Below are positions 20,805-30,142 of a stretch of 64,000 nucleotides of DNA, in pieces. The notes under the pieces were generated by a model. The model searched no databases, was not told where the DNA came from, and saw only the letters and a program-made list of their open reading frames with translations. Positions within the stretch are counted from its first letter, which is position 1, and each line of letters opens with the position of its first letter. Source of the stretch: a bacterium (GTDB taxonomy: Bacteria > UBA8248); the NCBI GenBank assembly GCA_965213685.1, contig CBDBZY010000012.1, forward strand, positions 32,001-96,000, in the 5' to 3' direction. Position numbers and translations under genes: made by a program.

Positions 20805-21984
20805 ATGGATTTTGATTTGAACGAAGAGCAGCGGGCGTGGCGGCAGAAGGCGAGAAAATTCGCGGAGGAAGAGATTGCGCCCATATCCCTGGAGCGGGAT
20901 CAGATGTCCGATCCGCGCGAGACGTTTGACTGGGAGATCATCAAGAAGGGGTCGCGGCTCGGTTTTCGCACCGCCGTCGTTCCTAGGGAGCGCGGAGGAG
21001 GCGGCATCGACTTCGCCACCCAGGCGCTGGTGATGGAGGAACTCGCGCGCGGCGACAGCGCGATATCCAAAACCTTCAGCCAGTGCTGGAAGTGGAGCCA
21101 CCTGATAGCGGCCTCTTGCACGGATGATCAGAAAGACAGGTTTCTGAAGCCGTTTCTGGAGGACGACACCTATCTCCTTGGCAAGGGAGGAACGGAGGCG
21201 GCGGCGGGTTCGGACAATCGCCTGCCCACGGACGATTCCGAGAACGGGCTGGAAGCTGCAGGCGGTGCGCGACGGCGAGGCCTGGGTGCTGAACGGACGC
21301 AAGCGCTACATCGCCAACGGAAGCGTGGGCAAGCTCTTCTTCATCGACGGCAGGACGAACCCCGACGTCCCCCTGACGGAGGGCACCACGCTTTTTCTGG
21401 TGCCGGCGGATACGCCCGGGTTCCGCGTGGGGAAGGTGTATGACAAAATCGGCTGGCGCTTTTATCAGAATGCGGAGCTGATTTTCGAGGACGCCCGCGT
21501 GCCGCACGCCAACGTGGTGGGCGAGGTGAACCGGGGGGGTGCAGGCGCGAAAGGGCGATACGTCGGAGTTCGGCGACCTGGAGGCTCTCCGCCAACGGGC
21601 TGGGCGTGTGCCAGGCGGCGGTCGACATGGCGATGGCCCATGCGCGCACGCGCTGGCAGGGCGGCCAAATACATCATCGGGCACCAGGCCATTCAGCTGA
21701 AGCTCTCCGAGATGCACATGCTCACCGAGGCGCTCCGGTCATATGTCATGCGCACCGCGTGCGACCTGGAGAAGGGCGCCGACCGCGACATGAAACACAA
21801 CGTCCTGCTGATGAACTTTGCCACGGACGTGATCCAGCGCGTCACCCACCTGAACATGGACATTCACGGGGGGGCCGGCGTCATGAAGGACGTCGGGGCG
21901 GAGAAACTGGTTCGCGACGCGGCGGTCTGGACGCACCTGGCCGGCGACGCCGTCCAGCGCATCAAGGTCATCAAACACCTGTGA
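20805..21984 (+). CDS. Acyl-CoA dehydrogenase family protein, frameshifted
   Basis: EELARGD, TEAAAGSD, WVLNGRKRYIANG, FEDARVP, IHGGAG, EKLVRDA. Confidence 0.85.
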
Positions 21985-21997
21985 GCGGGAGAGTCCC

Positions 21998-23077
21998 ATG
22001 AGCGGAGAACCGGTTTCCCTGGCCGTCATCCTGGGCGACGGCGTGGGGCATGACGTGCTGCCCGTGGCGACGGAGGTGATTCAGGCGGCGGCGGGCGCCG
22101 CGGGCGTCGAGGTGCGGCCCGAGGTGTACGACTATGGCGCGCTCCACTATCTCGAGCACGGAACCCCCCTGCCGGACGATGTGGCGGGCCTGGTGCGCTC
22201 TTTGGCGGAGGCGCACGACGCCATCCTGTTCGGCAGCGCGGGCCTCGACCCGAGGGTTCCGAAAGACGTGAATTGCCGGGAGCTCCTCCGCACCCTGCGC
22301 TTCGAGCTGGACCTGTATGTGAACCTGCGCCCATCGCCGCTGCTGCATCCGGATTTTTGTCCCCTGAAGCGGGAGGTGCCCATCGACCTGGTCGTTGTCC
22401 GCGAGAACACGGAGGGGCCGAACGTGCGGGTGGGCGGCAATTTCAAGATGGGAACGCCGGACGAAATCGCCATTCAGGAGGATATCAACACCTACAAGGG
22501 GGTCTCGCGCATCTGCCGCTATGCGTTCGCGTATGCGCGAAAGCACGGCTACCCCAAGGTGACGATGACCGACAAGCACGGCGCCCTGGTTCATGCGCAC
22601 GGCCTCTGGCAGCGCGTCTTCTGGGAAATCTCCGAGGAGTTCCCGGATGTGGAGGGGGAGCATTACTTCGTCGACACCCTCTGCCAGGACCTCTTGTACA
22701 AGCCTGAGCACTTCGGCGTCATCGTCACCAACAACATGTATGGCGATATTCTGAGCGACCTGTGCGCCGGGCTGGTGGGAGGCGTGGGGATGGCTGCCTC
22801 CGGCTGCATTCACCCGGGCCGCGTGTGCATGTTCGAGCCGGTGCACGGCACGGCGCCCGACATCGCCCTGAAGGGAATCGCGAACCCGTTTGCGGCATGC
22901 CTCACCGGAAGAATCCTGCTGAACACGCTGGGGCTGGAGGAGGCGGCGAACCTGATCTGGGAGGCCGTAGCCTCCGCCGTTCGGGAGAAGAAGGTGACGG
23001 CCGACCTGGGCGGGGCGCTGAACACCAGGCAAGTGGGCGACTATCTTTGCGCGCACATCCAGAAATCGGGCGCCTAG
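21998..23077 (+). CDS. Isocitrate/isopropylmalate/tartrate dehydrogenase family protein
   Basis: GDGVG, RENTEG, NMYGDILSDL, FEPVHGTAPDI. Confidence 0.9.
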   Translation: MSGEPVSLAVILGDGVGHDVLPVATEVIQAAAGAAGVEVRPEVYDYGALHYLEHGTPLPDDVAGLVRSLAEAHDAILFGSAGLDPRVPKDVNCRELLRTLRFELDLYVNLRPSPLLHPDFCPLKREVPIDLVVVRENTEGPNVRVGGNFKMGTPDEIAIQEDINTYKGVSRICRYAFAYARKHGYPKVTMTDKHGALVHAHGLWQRVFWEISEEFPDVEGEHYFVDTLCQDLLYKPEHFGVIVTNNMYGDILSDLCAGLVGGVGMAASGCIHPGRVCMFEPVHGTAPDIALKGIANPFAACLTGRILLNTLGLEEAANLIWEAVASAVREKKVTADLGGALNTRQVGDYLCAHIQKSGA

Positions 23078-23121
23078 CTTTGCCGATTCCCGGTTCCGTT
23101 TCTTGATGGGGGAGTCTGTTC

Positions 23122-24807
23122 ATGGGCTTTGAGGTGGGCGCGCCGGTCCATGCGGGCCAGATCGTCGTCGACGCACTCGTGAAGGAAAACGTCCAGAGGC
23201 TCTATTGCCTTCCCGGCTCCCATCTCCTGCAGTTCTACGATGCGCTGCGGGAAGCGCCCTCCATCAAACTCGTCACCTGCAAGCAGGAGCCAAACGCCTC
23301 CTTGATGGCGGACGCCTACGGGCGGCTCACGGGAGAGCCCGGCGTCTGCCTGCTCACGGCGGGCCCCGGGGGGGCGAACTCCATCGCGGGCGTGGCGCAG
23401 GCCTACGGGGCGGCGTCGCCGGTGGTGCACATCACGGGCTCCGTGCCCCTGGATGCGGCGCGCGAGGCGTTTCACGGGGTGGACGATCCGGATTTTCTGG
23501 TCGATATGTTTCAGAAGGTCACCAAGTGGAGCGTTCGCGTGAGAAGCATGGAGGCCATCTCGGGCGTCATGGCCGAAGCGTTCCGAATCGCCAGGAGCGG
23601 AAGGCCGGGGCCGGTGCACGTCGAGATTCCGCGACTCAGCGACTACAGCCCGTATCTCTTGCAGGAAGCCCCCATCGAATTGTCCGCGTACGAGCCGAAG
23701 CCCACCCGGGTCGTCTCCCCCTCGGAGGAGGACGTCGCCCAATACGCCCGAAGGTTGCTGGATGCGAAACGCCCCGTCATCTGCGCGGGCAAGGGGGTGA
23801 TGCGAAAAGGAGCGATGGGGGAGCTGGCGCGGATTGCCGGGAAATTCTCGATTCCGGTGATCTATCCCCAGGATGCGATGGGCGTCATCCCTGATGACCA
23901 TCCCTTCGCGGTGGGGCACTATTTCGCCTTTCGGAACACCGCGTTCCTGAACAGCGTCACGGCGCCGTGCGATTTGATGATGTTCATCGGCCTTCGGGCG
24001 GGGACGGCGGAGGTGGCGCACGTCGAGGGACATGCGCCTGCGCGTCGGATTTTCGTGGGCTTCGATGACGCGGAGGACGCGCACTATGGCGGGGCGGATC
24101 AGATAGTGGCGGACCCGAAAATGTTTTTGCGCGCCCTGGAGGAGCGCCTGGCGGACGAGAGCAGGCCCGTGAACGAGGGGTTGCGGGAGGAGATCGCCCG
24201 CGGCAAGGCGGATTTGAGAGCGCAGGCCGCAAACGTGATCAAGGGCCATGAGGGCGACGTTCCGATTCATCCGGCTCTCCTGATGGAGAGGCTCGCCGCC
24301 CACGTCAAGCCGGATGCCATCCTCGTCAGCGACGTGGGGAATTGCCAGATGTTCGCGCGCTATTATATGCCGCTGAGAAACCCCTTCTCCTTCATGCAGT
24401 CGGGCGTCTGGAACGCCATGTCCTTCGCACTGCCCACCGCCATCGTCGCCAAGATGGAGTATCCGCATCGCGACGTCGTCGGCCTGGTGGGCGATGGCGC
24501 TTTCCTGATGACGATCGGCGATTTCGTGACGGCGAGCGAGCTTGGGGCCAACATCGTGATGGTCGTCCTGAACGACGGCGCCTATGGCCAGATCGACCGG
24601 CAGCAGCAAAACCTCTATGGCGCGGCGTATGGCTGTGATTTCCAGAGTCCGCGCTTCGCCGAGATGGCGCGCTCTTTCGACGCCTTTGGCGTGCGCGTGG
24701 AAAACCCCGCCGATCTCGATGCGGCCATCGAGCAGGCACTCTCGGCGGGCAAGCCGGCCATTCTCGAGGTGATGACGCGCGAACAGCCCCTGCCGAACAT
24801 CTGCTGA
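23122..24807 (+). CDS. Thiamine-diphosphate-binding enzyme (acetolactate synthase-like)
   Basis: MADAYGRLTG, GRPGPVHVEIP, GDGAF...LNDGAYG ThDP motif. Confidence 0.88.
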   Translation: MGFEVGAPVHAGQIVVDALVKENVQRLYCLPGSHLLQFYDALREAPSIKLVTCKQEPNASLMADAYGRLTGEPGVCLLTAGPGGANSIAGVAQAYGAASPVVHITGSVPLDAAREAFHGVDDPDFLVDMFQKVTKWSVRVRSMEAISGVMAEAFRIARSGRPGPVHVEIPRLSDYSPYLLQEAPIELSAYEPKPTRVVSPSEEDVAQYARRLLDAKRPVICAGKGVMRKGAMGELARIAGKFSIPVIYPQDAMGVIPDDHPFAVGHYFAFRNTAFLNSVTAPCDLMMFIGLRAGTAEVAHVEGHAPARRIFVGFDDAEDAHYGGADQIVADPKMFLRALEERLADESRPVNEGLREEIARGKADLRAQAANVIKGHEGDVPIHPALLMERLAAHVKPDAILVSDVGNCQMFARYYMPLRNPFSFMQSGVWNAMSFALPTAIVAKMEYPHRDVVGLVGDGAFLMTIGDFVTASELGANIVMVVLNDGAYGQIDRQQQNLYGAAYGCDFQSPRFAEMARSFDAFGVRVENPADLDAAIEQALSAGKPAILEVMTREQPLPNIC

Positions 24808-24942
24808 GGGGAGGGCGCTGAGGGGAGGGCGGCTCCCGTGCGCCCCCGGCTGCGCGTCTTGCGGAACGCCTCGCGGGCGTCCCGGGGAGGGCGCGGCGGC
24901 GGGCGTGGAAGGGGGATTTCTCGCCCCCGCGGTCGCCCGTGT

Positions 24943-25740
24943 TCAGGACGCCTGGCGCCCCAGGGCTTCCGACAGGGCGCTGAGCAGGAACAACGCCGCC
25001 GCCGCCACGACGACCGACGGGCCCGCGGGCAGATTCCATTGCATCGAGGCCCACAGGCCGATCCCCACGGAGGAGACGCCCGCCAGAATAGCGAGTCCCG
25101 CCATCTGTTCGGGCGTTCGGGAGAATCGCCGCGCCGCCGCCGCCGGTATGATGAGCATCGAGGTGATCAGCAAAATCCCGATCAGTTTCATGGCGATGGC
25201 GATGACGAAGGCGATCAGGAGCATGAAGACGAGCCGGACGGCGAAGGTCGGGACGCCCTCGGCGCGCGCGAGTTCTTCGTGCGCCGTGATGGCGAGAAGG
25301 TCGCGCCATATCCATGCGAGTGCGCACAAGGCCGCCGCTCCGCCGGTGTATATCCACAGCAAATCCGCCGGACCTACCGCGAGGATGTCCCCGAACAGGT
25401 AGCCCATCAGGTCCACGTTGAGCGTCTCCATCGCGCTGATGGCGATGATGCCGACGGAAAGCGCCGTGTGCGCCAGAATGCCCAATAGCGTATCGGTGGA
25501 AAGTTTCCTTTGGCTTTGGAGCATGAGGAGGAAGAGCGCGAGGCTGACGCAGGAGATGAGGATGCCGAGTTGCAGATTGATTCCCAGGGAAAACCCCAGC
25601 ACTACGCCGAGCAGGGCGGTGTGGGCCAGGGAATCCCCGAAATAGGCCATCTTGCGCCAGACGATGAAACAACCGATGGGGCCTGTGACGATGGCGACGC
25701 CCACCCCGCCGAGGAGGGCGCGCAACATGAAATCCTCCAT
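24943..25740 (-). CDS. znuB: Zinc ABC transporter permease ZnuB
   Basis: GCFIVWRKMAYFGDSLAH, DLMGYLFGDILAV, EELARAEG. Confidence 0.93.
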   Translation of the reverse strand: MEDFMLRALLGGVGVAIVTGPIGCFIVWRKMAYFGDSLAHTALLGVVLGFSLGINLQLGILISCVSLALFLLMLQSQRKLSTDTLLGILAHTALSVGIIAISAMETLNVDLMGYLFGDILAVGPADLLWIYTGGAAALCALAWIWRDLLAITAHEELARAEGVPTFAVRLVFMLLIAFVIAIAMKLIGILLITSMLIIPAAAARRFSRTPEQMAGLAILAGVSSVGIGLWASMQWNLPAGPSVVVAAAALFLLSALSEALGRQAS

Positions 25741-25829
25741 CAGGAGTTTCCGGGGACGAGGTTAGGGCGGCGCGATTCGGTGGTCGGTGCGGCGCGCAAC
25801 ATGAAATCCTCCATCAGGGTTTTCCGGGG
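25717..25829. repeat. 39-bp direct repeat (28 bp exact) duplicating the znuC-stop/znuB-start junction, 35-bp unique spacer
   Basis: GGCGCGCAACATGAAATCCTCCATCAGG at 25717 and 25791, extending with two mismatches through TTTCCGGGG. Confidence 0.9.
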
Positions 25830-26602
25830 GGATGGCGGCGGACGGCGTCGGCTTCCAATGGCAGGACGTCCCCTTCCGGCCCGTGGGCGTGGTCGTGCGC
25901 GTGCCTGTAAATGGCCAGGGTCTCCGCCGCTTGCGGGCCGAACAGGGTCAGGTATTCGGGGTGTTCGCCCACCGCTTCGGGATGTCCCGAGCAGCAGATG
26001 TGCCGATTGAGGCACACCACGCGGTCGGTGAACGCCATGACGAGATGGAGGTCGTGCGAGATCATCATGATCCCGCAGCCCCTCTCGTCTCTGATCCGTA
26101 TGATGAGGCGGTAGAGTTCGGCTTGTCCGGAGATGTCCACGTTCTGGATGGGTTCATCGAGAACGAGGAGTTCCGGGTTGCGCAGCAGGGCGCGGGCGAG
26201 GAGGACGCGCTGGCGCTCCCCGCCGGAGAGACTCTGGACGGGATGCTCCAGCAGGTTTTCCGCGCCCACCTCCTCGAGGCTCTCTTCCATCCGCTTGCGC
26301 GATGGCTTTTGCGTGAGGCCGAGCAGCCTGCGCACGGTGAGGGGAAGCGAGGCGTCCATCTCGAAATTTTGGGGCACATAGCCGATGGTGAGCCCCTCCT
26401 TGCGGTGAACCTCGCCGGAATCTGGCGCAATCAGCCCGAGGAGTACCCGGACGAGGCTGGTTTTGCCCGCTCCGTTGGGGCCGATGAGGGTGAGGATTTC
26501 TTTCCGGGAAATCTGGATGTCGATGTTTTCGAGAATCGTCGTTCCGCCCAGGCGAAGGTGGAGGTTTTTGGCGGAAACGAGGAGGCCCGGCGCGTCAATC
26601 AT
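25814..26602 (-). CDS. znuC: Zinc ABC transporter ATP-binding protein ZnuC
   Basis: GPNGAGKT, LSGGERQR, HICCSGHPE, C-terminal YRHAHDHAH. Confidence 0.93.
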   Translation of the reverse strand: MIDAPGLLVSAKNLHLRLGGTTILENIDIQISRKEILTLIGPNGAGKTSLVRVLLGLIAPDSGEVHRKEGLTIGYVPQNFEMDASLPLTVRRLLGLTQKPSRKRMEESLEEVGAENLLEHPVQSLSGGERQRVLLARALLRNPELLVLDEPIQNVDISGQAELYRLIIRIRDERGCGIMMISHDLHLVMAFTDRVVCLNRHICCSGHPEAVGEHPEYLTLFGPQAAETLAIYRHAHDHAHGPEGDVLPLEADAVRRHPPGKP

Positions 26603-27083
26603 AACAACACCGGAGGCACCGCCCCCTGATTTCCACCACAAAGGTCTCGACCTGAAAGCCGGATTGGGTGGCGCCCGCCTCGATGGCTTCGCCGATTTTC
26701 TCGTTGTGCGTTTCGGACACGTTTTTACAATCGCGGCAAATGAAAAACTGTGCCTGGTGGGCGTCGGCCGGCATGGGGCAGCCCACGAATGCTTTCAGGC
26801 TCTCGATGCGGTGGATGAGGCCATGCGCCAGAAGAAAATCCAGCGCCCGATAGGCTGTGGGCGGGGCGTTGCGGCCCCCCTGGGCGTTCATGCGCTCGAG
26901 CACGTCATAGGCGCCCAGAGGCGCGCGGCTCTCCCAGACGATTTCCAGCACCCGCCGCCGGAGCGCCGTGAGCCTGACGCCGCGGCGCTCGCAAAGCGTC
27001 TCCGCCTGGCGCAGCGCGTTCTGGACGCAGGCGGCGTGGTCATGCGGATGATGCGGAACATGTTTTTTCTTTGTCGCGGTCAC
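26595..27083 (-). CDS. zur: Zinc uptake regulator Zur (Fur family)
   Basis: HDHAAC, PPTAYRALDFL, CRDC and CLRC motifs; located in the znu cluster. Confidence 0.92.
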   Translation of the reverse strand: MTATKKKHVPHHPHDHAACVQNALRQAETLCERRGVRLTALRRRVLEIVWESRAPLGAYDVLERMNAQGGRNAPPTAYRALDFLLAHGLIHRIESLKAFVGCPMPADAHQAQFFICRDCKNVSETHNEKIGEAIEAGATQSGFQVETFVVEIRGRCLRCCYD

Positions 27084-27119
27084 GGGAAAGTCCTTTGCCG
27101 TTGTGTTGCTATTCTGTTT

Positions 27120-27142
27120 GTAATGTTATAATATAACGAAAA
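27120..27142. promoter_or_regulatory. Zur box between divergent zur-znuCB and znuA
   Basis: GTAATGTTATAATATAACGAAAA contains the palindromic core GTTATA-A-TATAAC, matching the proteobacterial Zur consensus. Confidence 0.85.
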
Positions 27143-27184
27143 CTTGCTGCCGGCAACCTTCTATTCAACATCATATCATGGAGA

Positions 27185-28288
27185 TTGGCGATGAAACGCG
27201 TAGAATATCTGCTGATGGGTCTGGGTCTGGCCATCCTCTTCCACGTCCAGGGAGTGCTTGCCGCATCCGCTGCGCCTCGGGTGGTGGTTTCCATCAAGCC
27301 GCTTCACTCCCTGGTCGCAGGCGTCATGCAGGGGGTGGGCGCACCGCATCTTTTGATAAGAGGCGCCGCCTCGCCGCATACGTTTTCCCTGAAGCCGTCC
27401 GACGCGAGGGCGATAGAGGACGCGCGCCTGGTTTTCTGGGTCGGCGAGACGCTCGCTCCCGCCCTGAAGCGGCCCCTCGAGGTTCTTCCCAGGCGGGCGA
27501 AGGTCGTTGCCCTGGCGGAAATGCGAGGCATAGGCGTCAGAATGCGCAAGGTGAGAACGGGCGGCTTGTGGGAGGCCCATGCGCATGACGATGGGCACGA
27601 GGCGCACGGGCACAAAGAAGATGAACACAGGCATGGCGCGGACAAGCACAAAGAGGATGAACACGCGCACGAGTCTGACAAGCATAAAGAGGATGAACAC
27701 GGGCATGAGTCGCACAAGCACAAAGAGGCCGGGCATGATGATCACGGGGAGGAGGAGGAGCACCACAGTTGGGACGTGCACGTCTGGCTCGACCCGCTGT
27801 ATGCCGGCAGGTGGGTGGAGGTCATCGCCCGCGAACTCGGCGAGGCGGACCCGCCGAACAGGGGAAAATACGAGGCGAACGCGCGAAATCTCCAGGCCCG
27901 GATCGATGGCCTGCACCGAGAGTTGGAGGGTGTCCTCGCGCCGGTGAGGAATGCGCCCTACATCGTTTTTCACGATGCGTATCAATACCTGGAGAAGCGC
28001 TACGGGCTGAACGCCATAGGCTCGGTGTCCCTGTCGCCGGAGAAGAAGCCGGGCGCGGCGCGCCTGGTGGAGATTCGCAGGAAGATCAGGAGCTTGAAAT
28101 CGGTTTGCGTGTTCGCCGAGCCGCAGTTTCGCGGCGGGTTGACGGAGGCCATCGTCCGGGGCACGAGCGCCCGCACCGGCGTGCTGGACCCGCTCGGGGC
28201 GCACATCCCCGCCGGGGAGAGCGCGTATTTCGCCATCCTGCGCACGATGGCGAAATCTCTCAGGACGTGTCTTTTGCAGAAGAATTGA
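27185..28288 (+). CDS. znuA: Zinc ABC transporter substrate-binding protein ZnuA with long His-rich loop
   Basis: VVVSIKPLHSLV, SPHTFSLKPSD, DVHVWLDP, FHDAYQY, LDPLG. Confidence 0.93.
   Translation: MAMKRVEYLLMGLGLAILFHVQGVLAASAAPRVVVSIKPLHSLVAGVMQGVGAPHLLIRGAASPHTFSLKPSDARAIEDARLVFWVGETLAPALKRPLEVLPRRAKVVALAEMRGIGVRMRKVRTGGLWEAHAHDDGHEAHGHKEDEHRHGADKHKEDEHAHESDKHKEDEHGHESHKHKEAGHDDHGEEEEHHSWDVHVWLDPLYAGRWVEVIARELGEADPPNRGKYEANARNLQARIDGLHRELEGVLAPVRNAPYIVFHDAYQYLEKRYGLNAIGSVSLSPEKKPGAARLVEIRRKIRSLKSVCVFAEPQFRGGLTEAIVRGTSARTGVLDPLGAHIPAGESAYFAILRTMAKSLRTCLLQKN
27611..27727 (+). repeat. 36-bp coding tandem repeat (~3.3 copies) in the ZnuA His loop
   Basis: HKEDEHRHGADK / HKEDEHAHESDK / HKEDEHGHESHK / HKE. 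Confidence 0.85.
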
Positions 28289-28967
28289 CGCGGGGCGCAC
28301 GATTCGAGGGATATGGGCAGACCGCATGGAGCGGGCATTCGGCGCACTTGGGCCTGGGGCGGCAGCAGGCGTGCCCCAGGCGCACGAGCAGGGCGTGGTA
28401 TTCGTTGAACAGGGCGGCGTCGCGGGGCAGGTGGGCGGTGATCGTCTCTTGCAGGGAGAGGTAGTCTTTTCCTGCGTTTCGGGATTCCTCAAAATGCCCG
28501 AGCCTGGCGAATATCCGCTTCGTATAGGCGTCCACCACGAACACCGCCCTCCGCGCGGCGTAGAGGGCGATGGAGTCCGCCGTCTCGCGCCCGATGCCGT
28601 CGAGGGCCAGGAGTCGCTCGCGCAGCTCCTCTTCGGGCAGGCGCAGGAGGTTTTCCACCTCTCCTCCGTGATGCGCCCATAGACAGGAGACGAACCCCTT
28701 GAGTCTTCTGGCCTTCACGTTGAAAAACCGCGCGGGCCGGATGAGGCGGGCGAGGCGTTCTGTCTGCGCTTCCCGCAGCCCGCTCTCCGTGAGGAGGTTC
28801 GCTTTTTGGAGATTCGCAATCGCGCGCGCCGCGTTCGTCCACGACGTGTTTTGCACCAGGATGGCGCCGACGCAAATCTCGAGGGCCGAATCGCCAGGCC
28901 ACCAGCCTTGCGGGCCAAAGCGGGCGTAGAGGCGCTCATATACGTTCATCAGGCGCTCCCGGCTCAT
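28260..28967 (-). CDS. Endonuclease III-related HhH-GPD protein with 4Fe-4S motif
   Basis: GPQGWWP, GAILVQNTSW, GIGRETADSI, VVDAYT, CRPRPKCAECPLHAVC. Confidence 0.88.
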   Translation of the reverse strand: MSRERLMNVYERLYARFGPQGWWPGDSALEICVGAILVQNTSWTNAARAIANLQKANLLTESGLREAQTERLARLIRPARFFNVKARRLKGFVSCLWAHHGGEVENLLRLPEEELRERLLALDGIGRETADSIALYAARRAVFVVDAYTKRIFARLGHFEESRNAGKDYLSLQETITAHLPRDAALFNEYHALLVRLGHACCRPRPKCAECPLHAVCPYPSNRAPRVNSSAKDTS

Positions 28968-29176
28968 GCGTGATCGTCGGGCCACGGATTTTCTCCTGCT
29001 CCCCTCGCCTCGGCGACGTCCCTCGTGTAGATTCTTACCCTTATACGGGGGCATGGCGTTTCGCAATCATGCGTCCGCCGTTTCTGCGGGATTTTCGGGT
29101 TTCGCGGGACGGGCTGCGCCGGCGAGCCCCGCTTGCAGGCGTGGCGCGTCCGTAGGCCGGGCGCACAGGAGGCGGC

Positions 29177-30142
29177 GTGGAAAACGGAGCGAGGATTCTC
29201 GTCAACGACTGCGCGGGCGTGAAGGCGGGAGAGGACGTTCTGATCGTCACCGATTCGGAGCGTCTCGCTATCGCCCAGGCGCTTTGCGCCGAGGCGCGGG
29301 CCCGGGGCGCGCAGGCGACGATAGCCGTATGTCCGCCCAGACGCATCGACAACGAGGAGCCGCCCCGGGCCGTGGCCGAAGCGATGCGGGCGTCGAACGT
29401 GGTCTTTCTCCCCATCACCCACGCCCTCGCCCACACGCGGGCCACGCGGGAGGCGATAGGCGCGGGTGCGCGCGTCCTCTCGATGACGGCGTTCACGCCC
29501 CGGCAAATGAAGGCGGGCGGCCTCATGGCGGACTTCCGGGCGAGGAAACCGCTTTGCGACGCCCTGGCGAGGCTCTTGAGCGAGGCGCGGGAGGTCCGCG
29601 TCACGAACCCGGCGGGCACCGATCTCGCCATCGGCGTCGAGGGGCGCGTCGGCAACAGCCATTGCTGCGTGCTGGATGGCCCTGGCTTCACCGCCGTTCC
29701 CAACATCGAGGCCAACATATCCCCTCTGGACGGGACGACGGAGGGCGTGCTCCGGGTGGATGGCAGCATCCCGTATTACGGCGTGGGCGTCATCGCCGAG
29801 CCGGTTGCCTTCCGGATTGCGGGCGGGTTCGTGCGGGAAATATCGGGCGGGGAGCAGGCGGATTTCCTGTCCCGGCTCCTGGCCGCCCAAAATGACAGGT
29901 GGGTGTACAACGTCGCGCAGTTCGCGATGGGACTGAATCCGGAGTGCAGGGATTTTACCGGCGAGATGCTCAACGACGAGGGCGTGAACGGCACGGTGCA
30001 TATCGGAGTCGGAACCTCCGCCAACCTCGGGGGCGCCGTGCAGGCCAAGACCCATTTCGACGCCATCATCAGGGCGCCCTCGGTCTGGTTCGACGGGAAG
30101 CCCATCCTGGAGAATGGCGAGATGCTGATGAACCCGGAATGA
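29177..30142 (+). CDS. Aminopeptidase-like (M29-related / NicX-like fold) protein
   Basis: EEPP, GTDL, FAMGLNP, NDEGVNGTVHIGVG, THFDAII. Confidence 0.7.
   Translation: MENGARILVNDCAGVKAGEDVLIVTDSERLAIAQALCAEARARGAQATIAVCPPRRIDNEEPPRAVAEAMRASNVVFLPITHALAHTRATREAIGAGARVLSMTAFTPRQMKAGGLMADFRARKPLCDALARLLSEAREVRVTNPAGTDLAIGVEGRVGNSHCCVLDGPGFTAVPNIEANISPLDGTTEGVLRVDGSIPYYGVGVIAEPVAFRIAGGFVREISGGEQADFLSRLLAAQNDRWVYNVAQFAMGLNPECRDFTGEMLNDEGVNGTVHIGVGTSANLGGAVQAKTHFDAIIRAPSVWFDGKPILENGEMLMNPE

Noticed and set aside
24803-24830. 14-bp tandem duplication GCTGAGGGGAGGGC at the end of the ThDP enzyme gene
   Set aside because: Simple slippage-type duplication with no evident function.
25717-25829. CRISPR-like repeat-spacer-repeat
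   Set aside because: The repeat is the znuC/znuB coding junction itself, and there are only two copies.
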